DNA of 64,000 nucleotides from Mustelus asterias (GCF_964213995.1 NC_135822.1:63488001-63552000); one strand, 5' to 3'; positions 38,906 through 53,663 are shown, numbered from the stretch's first letter. Notes: generated by a model from the letters alone, not told the origin. Numbers and translations are program-made.

Positions 38906-41900
38906 AGCCAAAAGGATTGGTTCCATAAACAGATTAAGGACCCAAGCAATCTGTTGGCTGACCAGAGAAGGTATCTGCCTTTCTTCAGATCATGGCACAG
39001 GTTTTTTTTTACATGTTCCCACATGGAAATATTGTCTGGGATAAATGAGGGTTCAATGAAACACACAAGAACAAAGTCAAACTGGTAACGGCGGAAATGC
39101 TTTCTGAGACAAACAGACAGAGCGTGACAATGGTAAGTTTGGATCAGGAAAGATGGGTAGATGCTTGCTCGAGTAGATCATAAATAACACCATGAACTAG
39201 TGGGGGAAATAGTCCAATAGCCTCATCTGTGCCGTACTCTAAATAATCCGAGTGACCCGACTGATCTTAACTCAATAATGAGATCCCCACATGTTCTATC
39301 AGAGGATCAAAAATATTCACAGGCTTTTGCACAGCTGGGAAATTAAACAGGACTGATAATGGGAAGGAACTAAGAGTTAACAGCCCTCTCCTGCTTTCTT
39401 CAGACTCCAGTACTCTTTTCATTTTTATTATAATTGAACATCTGGTAAACCAAAAGCACTTCACACCAACTCCTTACGCTCTCAAAATATGTCAAAAGGT
39501 GGGTGCAGCATAGTGCAAAGGTAAAGTCGCCAAAGTCCCAGATGACCATAGCCTGAGAGCTGACTGGTGGTGATTTAACCTGAGGATCACCACACTCAGG
39601 CTAAGGGGTAAAGTTGAGAAGGCGGGTCTTCATGAATAACCTCAGCAGGTATGGGAATTGAACCCATACTGTTGGCATCACAAACCAGCTATCCAGCCAA
39701 CTAAGCTGAACTGACCCACAGCACAGCGCAGGAAAGGCAATGGGAATGTTTCATCCTGAACACCATTAAGTTACAATACGTCTGCAGGACAGTGAGATAA
39801 AGGTGAATCCAATTAAAAAGGTTGAAATAAAAAAAGCTAAAGGCTTAAACTAGGGTGAGATTATGTGGGTACATGCAGAATGAGGAGCTTGATGTGTCAA
39901 GTTAATTTTCTCGCACTTATTCAAATCTACTTTGTGGGCCGAAGGGCCTGTTCTGTGCTGTACTGTTCTATCTATCTATCTACTTAATTTGCAGATGACA
40001 CATCTGAACCTTCCTGCTAGCGACTGAGGTGGTTTGTGCTCATATTGCCCTCAAATGGAAAAAGATGGCACAGCAGTTTGATTCACAGACTTGAATTTTG
40101 TTTTACGTTTTATAGCCCTTATCACTTCCTGAAACTTCTGAACAGTGTTCAAAGGGAAATTCTGCAGGGGTTGGAAGTCTACAAAAGCATTTCAAATATG
40201 GCAGGAGGCATCAGTGGGAAGAGCAAATCAGTTAATGTTTAGATTGCAGCCCGATCCAAATCTGAAGTAGTAACTGTCATATTTAACACAATCCGAACAA
40301 GGAAGGACCAGCAGTGCTGAGAAGACAAATCCAGAGAGAAAAATTTAGCAAAATATTTCAAACTATTATACACTCATTGACAAACAATAACCAAATCACA
40401 AACACCACTGTAAAATTTTGTGAACTTCAGTAAGAGAATGAAGTGTCAGTTCGCAGTTGCCAAGACCAAATGTGTGCCTTCAGAACCTTATAATAATTTA
40501 AACAATGTCCACATTTTTCACACACAAAAACAGAAAATGCTGGAAAATCTCAGCAAGTCTGACAACATCTGTGAAGAGAGAATAGAGCTAATGTTTTGAA
40601 TCAAGATAATCCTTTGTCAAGAGTGTCACCGCAGTATTTTGCCGGTATCTACATTATTATTCCCTGGTGTCGCTCTGAAACAGGACAAAAACGCCTGAAG
40701 AAATTTTTGTCACAAGGAATTAGGTACACATTATAGCACAAAGTGGCTGAATCACCACAGCATGAGGAGCCAGAAAATGATGACACTCGACACAAGGTCC
40801 AAATACTTCCAGGCCACTTCAAACAGGTGGAGTTGTAAAAGAACCAATCCAACGGCCATCAGATCTAGCCAGGAAGCTGGCTTCCCAGTTACCTCCTTCA
40901 AAGGAACAGAACACAAACCTCATAGAAGTTTCAGTGATACACAAGATAATGAGAGAGAACGGAAGAGCAAGAGGTAGGAAGAGGGGATAAAAGGGAGAAA
41001 GGAGGAGGAAGTCTCCTGTGGTCACTGTGCATTAACTGCAGTGTGAGCATCATAGCATGTTTCCAGATGAGTGACATGTCCAGCCTGACCTGAGCTTTTG
41101 GGGACAGGAACAGAGCAGAGTTGGGAACAAACATGTCCTTGCCAGTCAATCGTACACCCATCCCCTTGCAAGGTCTGTAGGGCCAACCCCTGTACCTTAC
41201 CTGTGATTGTCCCACACACTGGCACAACACACGCAGCTCATTCAACATCTCCACACCCAGTTGATATAACTCATTGGTGGCTCAACACACTGTTATTAGA
41301 AGTAGCGAATCAGCCTTAAATGGCTGCAGGGCTGTTCTTCCCCTGGGCCATTTTTCCCCTTCCAATCTCCACATGACTGAAATCAATCAGAGCAGGGTGG
41401 AGGAATCACCCTGGTGAGCTTGGATTCTGTTGCAAAATCTTCTCAGCAGCTGGCTGGTAGCCTCTATAATGGTTAATTGTGAATAAATGTTGCAGTTGTT
41501 ATTCACATCACTGGCGAACCAGAATTTCACAGATTACAACTGAACAAGAGGCATGGTTGGGGCACAGTGATAAGTGGATTCAGAATAGTTGGAGCATGAC
41601 ACTGATCCTGTAAAGTTACAAGATTCAAACCTTGGTGACAGCGAGGCGGATTCAATCAAGGCATTCAACAGCAAACTGGATTATTAGCTGAAAAGGGAGA
41701 ATGTGGGGAAAGTGGAACAAGGTGAATTTCTCCTTCGAAGACATGCCGGGCAAAATGACTTCCTCTTATCCTGTAACAATTCTATGAAAAGCTACGTGAA
41801 CCAGAAGCAATGCGACTGAAACCAGGGATTCCACCATCTGGCCAACTGGATCCATCAACATGACCAGTGAATATGAAGCACAAACTTGTCTTGCCCTTTT

Positions 41901-43269
41901 CAGTTCACCATTTGGCTCATGCCCATCATGATGGTGATGTCATGTGCACACTTTAAAGGTTATCCCCAAAGTGGTCCATGAACAATGTACTTGTGTGCGT
42001 GTATTCCACCTTGGAGTAAGTAAACCCATTTTAAAATAACCCAACAGAAAAATATTTGTACTTCAAGGTTAGTTTATTTCACTCTCTGCTCTAGAACACA
42101 AACACACATAAAAATGAAGATACAGCAATACTAATGAACATAAATCAAGATTAGTCCATGTTTGGTGCAGGCCTGATGTGTTTTGAAGTTGAGGAGTTGC
42201 GTTATCTGAAGTGAAGGTCTTGAGGTTATAGACTTGTGGCTGCAGTTGCACTGGCGCCCACTATTAAATTGCCAGAGGTCACTTAACAGCTGAGTTTAAG
42301 TGGAATCAGGCTTTTATACGGATGGGAGCTTCTTTACTCCTGTTCTACAGCATGGCACATTTAACTGTCTACAGCAGACCAGTAGCTGTTTTGAGATACT
42401 TTTCTTGGATTGACACCTTTTCAAGATGGTCCTCTGTGGATCTGCCTTGTTCCTGCCCTTTTTAATGCTTCTTGCAGCTAAGGCAAGCTGGCCACCATTA
42501 TGATGTAACCCACACAACAATGTTGAGTCACCTTCCAAATAAGGCAAGTGGTAATTCCAAGTTATCCAAAACTACCTTATCCCTCTGTAATGATTAAAAG
42601 GGTCAATGTACTTCGATAGGACGAATAAAGGAACTGAAGTCTATGTAAATGGAGAAAAACGGCAGAAAGTTGCAACACAGGGATTTGGGGATCCTTGTGC
42701 ATAAATGACAAAAAGCTAGCATGCAAGTTTAGCAACTTACAGAAACTTATCAGTAAGATTCTGTGTGTTTGGAGGAAAAGCCATCAAATCAATGAGTTTC
42801 TGTTTAGTCCTTGGGAGCATTCATTGAATTTTAAATGTATTTGTCTGAGGAATGCATCCTGCTCTCCTCAGAAGGTGGGATAAAGATCATCAAAATCAAC
42901 ACTGGATGCCTGGAACCATTTTAAGAATAGTCATCAGAATAGCTTTTCTAAAATACACTGTAATATCCCATGTGTCTGCTGCCCTTCTCCTTCTAGATGG
43001 TAGCAATCATGGGTTTGAAAGGTGCTGTCAAAGGAGCCTTGTTCAGTTTCTGTTCAATGGTAACCATCAGGATGTTGATAGTGGGGGATTCAGCAGTGAT
43101 ACTGTGGTTGGATGTCAAGGAGGGAAGGCTGGATTCTCTTTTGTTGGAGATAAATCATTGCCTGGTACGTGTGTATCAATGTCACTTACCACTTGAGCAG
43201 TCCAAGTCTACATGTTCTTCACGTCTCGCTGCATATGGCTTTGGACTGTTTCAGTATCCAAGACCAGAA

Positions 43270-44270
43270 GACTATAAGACATAAGAGCATTCAGGCCATT
43301 CAACCCATCGAGACTACTCCGCCAATCAATAAGAACATGACTGATCTGATGTAATAATCCTCAATTCGGCTTTCCCTGGTCCCACAAGGGGAAATAATTT
43401 CTCAGTATCTACCCTGTCAAGCCCCCTGAGAATCCTATATGTTTCAAAAAGGTCACCTCTCATTCTTCTAAACACCATTGAATACAAACCCAACCTATTC
43501 AACCACTCCTCATAATAAAATCCCTCCATACCCAAGATCAACTTATGAATCTTCTCTTGCCTGCCTCCAATGCCAGTATATCTTTCCTTAGATAAGGGAC
43601 CCAAAACCATTCCCAGTATTCCAGGTGTGGTCTAACTAGTGCCTCATATCATTTTAGCAAGACTTCACTATTTTTATACTCCATTCCTTTTGAAATAAAG
43701 TCCAACATTCCATTTGCCTTCCCTATTACCTGCTGAACTTGCATGCTTGCTTTTTGTCATTTATGTACAAGGATCCCCAAATCCCTCTGTGCTGCAGCTT
43801 TCTGCCATCTTTCTCCATTTAAATAGCATTCAGTTCCTTTATTCTTCCTACCAATGTACATAATTTAATATTTTCCTATACTATATTCCATCTGCCAAGT
43901 TTTTACCCATTCACTTAGCCAGTCTATAGTCCTCTGTAGACTCTTAGTGTCATCCTCATCACTTGCTTTCCCACCCATCTTTGTGTCATCCACAAACTTG
44001 GCAATAGTGCATTCACTCCCCTCATCCAAGTTACTAATATATATTGTAAATAATTGTGGCCCAACACTGGGGCACTCCACTAGTTAAAAGTTGCCATCCT
44101 GAAAATGCCCCTCTTGTCCCAACTGCCTATTAGTTCACCAATCCTCTAGCTATGCTATTATCCCAACACCACGAGCTCTCATATTAAATAGCCTTTTGTG
44201 TGGTACCTTATTGAATGCTTTTTGGAAATCCAAGTATATTACATCTACTGGTTCCCCATTATCTAACCTG
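43270..44270 (-). mobile_element. Decayed CR1 LINE 3' part
   Basis: Frameshifted peptides GPQLFTIYISNL..KFVDDTK and YEEWLNRLGLYS..RRMRGDL. Confidence 0.85.
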
Positions 44271-46062
44271 CATGGCAACGACCAATTGCATGGCTGGTGA
44301 TGGGGCCTGCTCAGGCATGGAACCTGGTTCTGAGATGGTCCAAGTGCTCCTTCAGGGTTTTACCTGAATGTTGACCTTGTAAGATACTAGTTCCATTTTT
44401 TCCATAATAATCCCAGGGATTCACCGGCGACCGTTCCTGAAGTTCCTCACAAGAACAAGAGCACTTGTTCCTAAAGTACTGTTTGTCCAATGGAGCAACA
44501 CCTGTTGTTGGTGTGGTCCGCTGTAATCAAACAGAAGTTGTGCCAGTTTAGTCTCCATAGATGCTGCTAATTGTTTCTTCATGCCATTTTGAAGGTTTGA
44601 ACCGCCTGTTCTGCCAGTCCATTTGATGGTGGGTGATAAGGTGCAGTTTTGATGCATTGGATGCCATTGGAGAGCAGAAGTTTTGGAAATCACCGCTAGT
44701 AAAGACTATGCCATTATCGGAAACCAGGACTTTCAGTATCCCACGTATACTGAAGCGTTCAATTGTATTCTCAATTGTAGCCTGAGAAGTTGTGGAGCCT
44801 ATGCAGTGCACCTCCAACCACTTGGACTGTACTTCCACCATGATTAAAATGATGGAACTCAAAGGGGCCTGCGAAGTCCACATGCACACGCACCCATGGC
44901 CCACAAGGCCATTCCCATGGGTGTTGGGAGGCTAAGGGTGGGTGTTTTTGATTTGGCTGGCACAGGTCACTTTGCTTCAAGTCTGTGATGTGAGATCCAA
45001 AAACCAGGCCACCACATGTTCCTCCCAGCCAGCATCTTCATTTTTGATACTCGCGGGTGGCCATTATGTAGTTCCATTAATATTGGACGTCATCTTCGGG
45101 GCAGAACAATTACTCGGGACCCCCAAAGAATGATCCAATCCTCAACACTAAATTCAGCTTTCTTCATGAAATAAGGTTTCATTTCTTCAGATAGTTGTCC
45201 TTGGAATCCCCCGAATAGAATCATGTGTCTTATTTTGGATAAGGATCTTTTTAGGTCCCAACTTTAATCTGCCTCGCTGATGCTGACAATGTCTCTGAAA
45301 AGTTTAGGGTCATTACACAACCTCTTCCAATGCTGGTAAAGGAGCCAGGTATGTGGACAACGGGTGGTGACTCAACATTAGCTATCTGGGTTCCAGGGCA
45401 GCGTTCCAGAAGATATTTTAGGCCACCAATAACAAGGCCCAGCACTGTTTCAAAGCAGAAGTGATGGGGGGAATTGCCTTGTCTTCTTTGAAGAGGCCTA
45501 ATAAGGATATATGGTCAATGACTATAAAATTCCATAGACTGTAGACACTACTTCACACCAAATACGACCACCAACCCTTCTCAATTTGAGAATCCCTTTG
45601 CTCTGCAGCTGAAAGGGTCCTGGAGGCATTCGCGATGGGCTTTTCCACCCTGTCTTTCCAGCAATGTGACAGCACTGCAACAACCCTGTACGGGAAAGCA
45701 CCACAAGTTCTTCAGGTTGAAACGAGCCAGAAAGTTAGATGACAGTAACTGATGTTTAACTTCTGCCTGCAGAGCTTCCCAAGACCATTTCTGATATTTT
45801 TGTAGTCGGGCACGCAAGGAGGCCAGCATGGAAGCCAAATTCAGGATGAATTTTCCATAATAATTGACTCATCCCCCAGGAAAGATTTTAACAACATTGT
45901 GTTCCTTGGGGTTGGTGCTTTTGATATCTTTTACCGTATCCTCTACTGGATGTAACCCCTTCCCATCTCATCAATAGCCTGAATAGGTTATTTTGGCCAC
46001 TTGGAAAATGCATTTCTCCCTCTTCAAGCAAACTCCCACTCTGCAAAATCTCTGTAAGATAT

Positions 46063-46104
46063 CCACTCCATCTGACGAAGGAGCTGTGCTCCGAAAGTTT
46101 ATGG
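46063..46104 (+). ncRNA. Minimal hammerhead motif, variant B
   Basis: ccau-CUGACGA-a-GGAGC-ugu-GCUCC-GAAA-gu-UU-augg. Confidence 0.7.
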
Positions 46105-46195
46105 TATTTGCTACCAAATAAACCTGTTGGACTTTAACCTGTTGTGAGACTTCTTACTGTGCTTACCCCAGTCCAACGCCGGCATCTCCACATCA
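46063..46195 (+). mobile_element. Penelope-like element 3' fragment (subfamily B) with hammerhead, inserted into Gypsy pol
   Basis: Ends in ...ccagtccaacgccggcatctccacatca and interrupts the Gypsy RT reading region. Confidence 0.85.
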
Positions 46196-47724
46196 AGACT
46201 TCAGTTGGCCAGGTGTTCGTGTTCTGAAGCCCCGGGACCAATACGTCATCCAAGTTTACTGAGACTTTAGGTAGCCCTTGAAGGATGTTCTCCATAACTT
46301 TGAAAAATAGCACATGCTGACAAGAACCCAAAGGGCAAACAGGCAAACTCATAGGGTTCCTTATGTGTGTTGGTTGTCACATATTTCAGGGAGGACTTAC
46401 CCAATTCAAGCTCAAGATAGGCGTGGCTCATGTCCAATTTGGAAAACATCTTGTTGACTTAGCGTGCAAATCTTCGATTCAGGGCATGGGGTACCTTTCC
46501 AGTTTCAAGACCCAATTGCCTGGTAATTTACAGTCCTCACAAAGACAAACTGATTTGCTGAGCTTAACAGGGACTCCGGCTGCAGCCCGTTCTGCAAATT
46601 GCAAGGCGGAAGCTTTCAAGGTACCTTAGTTCAATTTCCACCTTCTCCAGCATGGAGTAAGGGACTGGTCTGACTCTGAAATACCGAGGTGTAACATTGG
46701 CGCCAATGGAGATCTTGAGCTTGACTGCTTTTATATTTCCCAGGCCCTCTTGAAAAATTCCATGGTATCTGCAAATAACTTGTTACAGTCGCCCACACCT
46801 AGCCTGAAGATCTCCAACCAGTTCAACTGGATCTGCTGGAGCCAATCTCTCCCCATAAGACTTGATGTGTGGGCCTGTACAGCAATGAGTGGGAGATGGG
46901 CTGATTGTTGCCTGTAAGTTACTGGGACCACTGTGGTGCATTTTATTGGTCAAGGTTCCACTGTGTAGACTGCCCTTTGTTTCTTCCAACCTTAAGAGTT
47001 GAATGCTTCTAAGTCTTTTCACTGATAATGAAGACTGCAGCTCCCACATCCACATCCATCTTCAAGGGATAGCCATTCAATAGTAATTCCACAATTATCG
47101 GGGCAACTTTTGTTGTAATAACGTAATTCAGTTGTACCTTTCCTGTCTCTGGAAGAGGGGATACCTACATGGTATGCTCAGGTAGGGGCCTCGGCTTTCT
47201 TCCCAGGTAGCACACGTCTTGCCTGAAACTTCACTACAGCTGTCTTCTTTGACAGTGCTTGCAATAATCCGTCATCTGGCAAGTGCGCCTTTATGAACTA
47301 TATTCTCTCATATTCTTGAGGTCACTATCTTCTCTTGACAGTCTGGTGGTGACATTAGGGTTCCTAAATCGCAAGGGTCCTTTTAACACCTGGTTTACAC
47401 AAGCAGTCTCCATTGAGGACTGATGACAAGAGGTCCCTCCCCCTAGTTGGAGGACATTGCTGCCTATTGCACCTTGTAATTCCTGAGCTCCTTTTTCTGC
47501 ATTCTCAAGTGACAAGGCTATTGTAACAATTTTTTTAAAGTCCAAATTGGATTCTGCCAACAGCTTCTTTTACGTGGTTAAGTCGTTATGCCACATACCA
47601 ATCTATCTCACAACATTTCATGAAGAGGTGGTCCAAATTTGCAATGTTCAGCTAATTTCCGCAATCTAGCCAAGAACTCAGTGACAAGATTCTCGAGGAG
47701 TTCTCCCAGCCATTTTGAATCTCC

Positions 47725-47990
47725 AAAGAGAAGAAGGCCCTCCGGCCCACTGAGCCTGCACCAACAACAATCCCACCCAGGTCCTATCCCCATAATCTCA
47801 CGTATTTATCCTGCTAATCCCCCTGACACCAAGGGTCAATTTAGCATGGCCAATCAACCGAATGCGCACATCTTTGGAGTGTGGGAGGAAATCCTTGGAG
47901 ACATGGAAAGAATGTGCAAAGTCCACACAATCACCCAAGTCCAGAACTGAACCCAGGTCCTTGGCGCTGAGAGGCAGCAGTGCTAACAAT
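47725..47990 (-). mobile_element. tRNA-derived SINE inserted in the Gypsy gag region
   Basis: Same family, reverse orientation. Confidence 0.8.
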
Positions 47991-49300
47991 ATCTGTTTTT
48001 TTGTCTCCTTCAATTTTGTTAGCATGGTAGTAGTATTGTGCTCAGTGTACCCCACTTGTGGCATCGGCCTCAAGTTTCCAGAAGAGGCATAATGGCTTGT
48101 CCTTACCAGGTTGTTTGGATAGAAATAGAGAGAAAAGAAATTCTCCTCATCGCCAATGTGGTCATTCAGCCAAACGTCAGTTTCCCACCAGCAATACCCT
48201 CTATTATGCACTGAAGGAAAGGGCTGTGACTGCAGCTTATAGTCAGGTAGTCTCCACCTCAGGACCTACAACCACGGACCGGATGGAGGTTTAAGAACCC
48301 CACTGACCGCTACCCATTGGGCAAGCCTCTGCTCAATCAATAAGGCAGCTTGTACTCCACAAAGCCCATGGGGAGATTGATTGATGATCCTCCATTGCCA
48401 TCATAACAATTGTGCTCACGAGAGGGCAGGCTTCCTAATTCTTCCCTTCTTAAACTGAGCAGCAATGAAACTAAAGTTTAAAACATCCAAAACTGAATTA
48501 GCTTACTGAATATTTTTAGTGCAGCAGAATGAGGTAACTGAAGACATCAGGAAGGGAGGAGACAAATAGCAAAGAAAAACTGGAGAGAGACACAAGAATG
48601 CTGAAAGCAAGACTGTATGTGGAAGAAATTACATTTATCTAGCACCTTCAGTGATTTAAGGATATTTTGAAGTGTTTTACAGCCAATTAGCATGTCTTCA
48701 CTGTTGTAAGATAGGAAATGTGGTACTCAGCTAGATTCCAGAAACAGCAATACATATTTTTAATCTAGTGATGTCAACTTACGATAAAGATTGACCAGGA
48801 CATCAGGAAGGACTATGGTGCTCTTTTTCCAACTGCACTTGGACATCTTTTACATTGATCTGGAGGGGGCAGGTGGATGTTCAGCTTCAAGTCTCATCAG
48901 AAAAATGGTACCTTCAACAATGTAGAATTCTCTTGGTTTTAGTTTAGATTTTGTACTCAGTCTTTGAGTGGGATATGAACTACAAGCTTCTGACTCAGAG
49001 GAGAGACTGCAACTGCAGAGCCAATGATATACATGTCCACATGTGTGCTTTGTATAGAAACATGACAGGATGCTAAACAAAATGACTCTTTAATCCACCA
49101 ACATATAACTTAGCAATTTTATAAACGCATAGTGCAGATGTGTCTAAATCATACAGAATCAAACATGGGGGAAATGGCCAGCCAGCTTTTACTTGGTGTT
49201 GTACACCAAGTGACAAATGTACAGACATTTTGCAAGAGGGTATCCCCGGAGGTGTCCTTACTGCTTATTCTTTATGTTCCTGCATCTTGAATTCAGCAGC

Positions 49301-49414
<114 letters not shown>

Positions 49415-50129
49415 TTATTCCACAACCTCAGAGTACCCAAAACACTTCAGGATCAATGAGGTACTGTGGAAGTGTGGTCGCTGTCATGTCAGAAATATGG
49501 AAGCCAAATTGTGCACAGCAACGTCCCCCAAACAGTAATATGGCAAGGACAAATAATCTGTATCTTAGTCATGTTGATTAAGGATTAAATATGGTTACTG
49601 CACTAGGAATAACTCCTTTTATTCTTCTTCAAACTAGTGGCAGAAATCTTTCAGGCCAACCAAAAACAGCAGATATTCCTTGATTTAATATTGTTTCAGA
49701 AACACAGCACCTGCAAAAGTGCAATATTCCCTCATGACTATATTGGAATGTCAGCCTGGATTTTGTGTTCATGTCTCTGGAATGGAACATCAACCCATTA
49801 CCTTCTGGCTCAGAGGCAAAAGTGCGATCAAGTGCCACGGCTGGCAACGAGGAATTATTACTTATATAAAAAATAAAATTAGTTTAATTAATGTCACTTC
49901 AGTTTTTTATTATTGGTATTGTACGGTAACATAATTTCATCGAGAGAATCCAGTCAAAATTCACTGCATTATAAGTGCAATGTGTTGGCATATAACTGCA
50001 ACTTACAGCAGATTATCTAAGATATTTCTTCAGTGTTTGGATCGGTGGCAAGGCCAACATTTATTGACCTTCCTAATTTTGCTTGAGAAGGTGGTGGTGA
50101 CCAGCTTCTGGAACTGCTTAGGTGAGGTG

Positions 50130-51250
50130 AGAGTGACTACCCTTGCCATCAAGGCAGCACTTTACCAAGTGAGGTATCAAAGGGGCCCAGTAAAACTGGA
50201 GTCAATGGGAATCAGGGGGAAAGCTCTCCGCTGTTGGAATCATACCTGGCAAAAGAAAGATGGTTGTGCTTGTTTGAGGTCAATCATTTCAGTCCTGGGA
50301 CACCGCTGCAGGAGTTCGTCAGGGTAGTGTCCTAGGCGCAGCTATCTTTAGCTGCTTTCACTCAGAAGTGGGGATGTTTGCTGCTGACTGCACAATGTTG
50401 AGCACCATTTGCGAGGAATCATGTCCAAATGCAGAAAGACCTGGACAACATCCAGGCTTGGGCTGACAAGTTGCAAGTGACATTTACACCACAAGTGCCA
50501 GGCAATGACCATCTCCAACAAAGGAGAATCTAACTATTGCCCCTTGACATTCAATGGCATGACCATCACTGAATTCCCAACGATCAACATCCTGGGGGCG
50601 GGGGGTAGGGGGGGGGCGGTTTTAACCATTGACCAGAAACTGAACTCGACCAGTCATAGAAATACTGTGGCCACAGCTCAGGGGTTAAGATTCTGGTGGC
50701 GAGTTCAACTCTCGGCTCCCCAAAGCCTGTCCACCATCTACAAGGCACAAGTCTGGAGTGTGATGGAGTCCTCTCCAATTGCATGGATGAATGCAGCTCC
50801 AATAGAACTCAAGAAGCTCGACATCATCAGAACAAAGTATCCCACCTGATTGGCATCCCATCCACAAATATTCACTGCCTCCGCCACCAATGCATGTGGC
50901 ACTAATCGTTTATAACATCTGCAAGATGTAAAGCAACTCACCATGGCTCTTTCGACAGCGCCTTCCAAACCTGTGACCACTAACACCGAGTTGGACAAGG
51001 GCAGCAGATGCATGGGAACACCACTAGATGCAAGTTCCCCTCCAAGCCACACACCATCCAACTTGGAATTTTCCTTCACTGCCATTCCTTTACTGTCTCT
51101 GGGTCAAAATCCTGGAACTCCCTCCAAAACAGCACAATGGGTGTACATACACCAAATGGACTGCAGTGTCTCAGGAAAGCAGCGGATCACAACCTTGTCA
51201 AGAGTAATTAATGCTGGCCCAGCCAGGGACGCTGACATCCCATGAAATAG
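50130..51250 (+). mobile_element. Decayed non-LTR element (CR1/L2 group, second family), 3' part
   Basis: ggagttcgtcagggtagtgtcctagg (GVPQGSVLG-like) and atgtttgctgctgac (FADD-like), plus family 3' tail. Related pieces at 26150-26370, 27130-27490, 28960-29330 and 42960-43260. Confidence 0.75.
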
Positions 51251-51661
51251 TGTTGTAAAAACTGCTGCGAGGGAGGGATATCAGGATTTTGACGCAGTGA
51301 CAGAGAAGTTAGATTTTCTTTATAAGGAATGAAGCAACATTTGCAGTTTCCAACTGCAATCCAACTGTATTAATTGGATTGTTTTGTATGTTTATTCTTC
51401 AGGTAGGGATAGAGCGAATTATTTTCCTTGAAGTGAAGAATTAGTTAAACTGAACTCATCTCCAAGATAGCATTGCTATAATCAAGAGCATCACAAGTAA
51501 TGCCAGGAGATGTTACTCAGAATCATAAAGTGCAGAGGGAGGCCATTCAGCTAAACATGCCTGTGTTGATGTAACAGTCACAGCATTTCATGGATATAAG
51601 GGAGTTTGAGTTCAAAGACTGTTCGGTACACTGAAGGCCAATGAACTCAATTTCTTCTTAC

Positions 51662-51745
51662 CTGTTTCTTATCAAACAAGGAATGGCTGCTCAAACTCAT
51701 GTGCTTGAAGTGCTTGGCATATCTGCGAAGGTCTCGTTCAAACAA
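51662..51745 (-). CDS. POLM: POLM exon 10 (LFERDLRRYAKHFKHMSLSSHSLFDKKQ)
   Basis: Hand-translated thumb motif F.R.LRR. ctctag| acceptor, CAG|gtaaga donor, 84 nt. Confidence 0.92.
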
Positions 51746-51929
51746 CTAGAGAATGCAAGAAAAATAAATAGGAAAGAAATAGTCAAATTTCAATTCTTTG
51801 GAGTAAATTTCTTTTACTGTATTTCCAGTTGATGGGTTTTTCTCACTTCCTAACAGCAAAACCAAACCCTCCCCCCTGCAACCACAAACTGAAATGATGA
51901 GTGACAGCAATGTCGGGGTCATGCTTGAG

Positions 51930-52870
51930 GACTTGTTTTTAAATTCATTGATGGGATGTGGGCATCGCTGGCTCGACCAGCATTTATTGCTCATCCCTAG
52001 TTACCCTTCAGAAGGTGGTGCTAAGCTGCCGCCTTGAACAGCCGCAGTCCCAGAGGTGTATGTACACCCACAGTGCTGTTAGGAGGGAATTCCAAGATTT
52101 TGACCCAGTGACAATGAAGGAACGACAATATATTTCCAAGTCAGGATGGGGAGCAACTTGAAGGGGAACCTTCAAATAGTGGTGTTCCTCGGTGTCTTCT
52201 GTTCTTGCCCTTGTCGATGGTAGTCGCTGTGGGTTTGGAAGATGCTGCTTAAGGAGCCTATAGTACATCTTGTAGCTAGTGCACATGGCTGTCCCTGTTT
52301 ATCAGTGGTGGAGGGAGTGAATGTTTGTGGAAGGGGTATCAATCAAGCGGGCTGCTTCATCCTGGATGGTGTCGAGTTTCTTTACTGTTGTTGGAGCTGC
52401 ACTCATCCAAGCAAGTGGAGAGTATTTTATTACACTCCTGACTTGCACCTTGTAAATGGTGGACAGGCTTTGGGGAGTTCAGAGGCGAGTTACTTGCCTA
52501 GCCTATGATCTGCTCTGGTATCCACAGTATTTATATGGTTCAGCCAGTTTTGTTTCTAGTCAATGGTCGTCCCCTGGAGGTTAATAGTGGGGAATTCAGC
52601 AATTGTAATGTCACTAAACGTCAAGGGGTGATGGTTAGATCCTCTCTTATTGAAGGTGGTCATTGCCTGGCTGTTACTTGCCACTTGTCAGCCCAAGCCC
52701 GGATATTGTCCAGGTCTTGCTGCATTTGAACATGAACTACTTCAATGTCTGAGGAATCTCGAATGGTACTGAACATTGTGAAGTCATCAGCGAACATTCC
52801 CAATTCTGACCTTACGATGGACGGAAGGTCATTGATGTAGTAGCTGTAATTGGTTGGGTCTAAGACATTA
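51930..52870 (-). mobile_element. Same non-LTR family, opposite orientation
   Basis: ORF YINDLPSIVRSELGMFADD..MQQDLDNIRAWADKWQV; reverse-complement similarity to 50130-51250. Confidence 0.8.
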
Positions 52871-52879
52871 CCCCGAGTG

Positions 52880-53250
52880 ATGGAGTTCTCCAAAGTGGTC
52901 AACCAGTCTGTGTTTAATCTCCCCGATGTAGAAGAGACCGTATTGTGCTCAGCGAATACAGTAGACTAAATCAAAAGAAGTGCAAGTAAATGATTGCTTC
53001 ACCTGGAAGGATTGTTTGGGGCCTTGCACAGTGAAGGTTTAAGTGTTACACCTATTGTGATTGCAGAGGAAGGCACCATGGGAAGGGGATGAGGTGTTGG
53101 GGTGACAGAGCAATGGACCAGGGTGCCATGAAGGGATCAATCCCTTCAGAATTCTAACAGGTGTGGTGATGATGTGTTTGGTAGTGGCATCGTGCTAGAG
53201 AAATAGCAAAAGATAATTATTTGCATACAGAGGCTGGCGGGGTGGAAAGT
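52880..53250 (-). mobile_element. Older Penelope-like GIY-YIG fragment
   Basis: Hand translation FQVKQSFTCTSFDLVYCIR*AQYGLFYIGEIKHRLVD. Confidence 0.7.
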
Positions 53251-53663
53251 GTGGACAAGTGAGGAAGTATAGTTGAGGTAGCTGAGAGAGTCAATGGGCT
53301 TGTAATGATTATTGGTTGACAGTCTGTCACCAGAAATGGAGACAGATAATGAGAAGGAAAATGGAAAGGAATGAAGGCTTTCAGTAACAATATCCATTAG
53401 ACACGATACAAACTGAATCATAAATAGTTCCTCAATATTACATCATTCAGGCAGTAAAATTGAAAATACAGGAAATGAATCGCTTATCTATCTCCGTGAA
53501 GAGAAAAGACAGAATGTTTTGAATTAAGTACTTTTGTCAACTTGTGGATTGATCCAAAATGTTCAACAGTCCTGTCAGTTTCTAAATTGGTCAGCTATAC
53601 AATTCTGCTTTTTTGTTTTGTTTTTGACAATCATAGTGTCTTGTTGCACTTCATTAAACTTAC

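Larger units (their letters stand above)
44300..48408 (-). mobile_element. Decayed Gypsy-type LTR retrotransposon: 5' LTR (48157-48408), PBS, gag, PR, RT, RH, IN
   Basis: TG..CA LTR followed by TGGCGATGAGG PBS. Peptides AESNLDFKKIVTIALSLE (gag), FSKLDMSHAY..LPFG..LDD (RT), PWEWP..PWVRVHVDFAGPF and VSDNG (IN). Many frameshifts; no 3' LTR found. Confidence 0.88.

Noticed and set aside
49981-50060. Alternative POLM last exon (EEI-like codons)
   Set aside because: Immediate stop codon and no further similarity; the true exon is 49301-49387.
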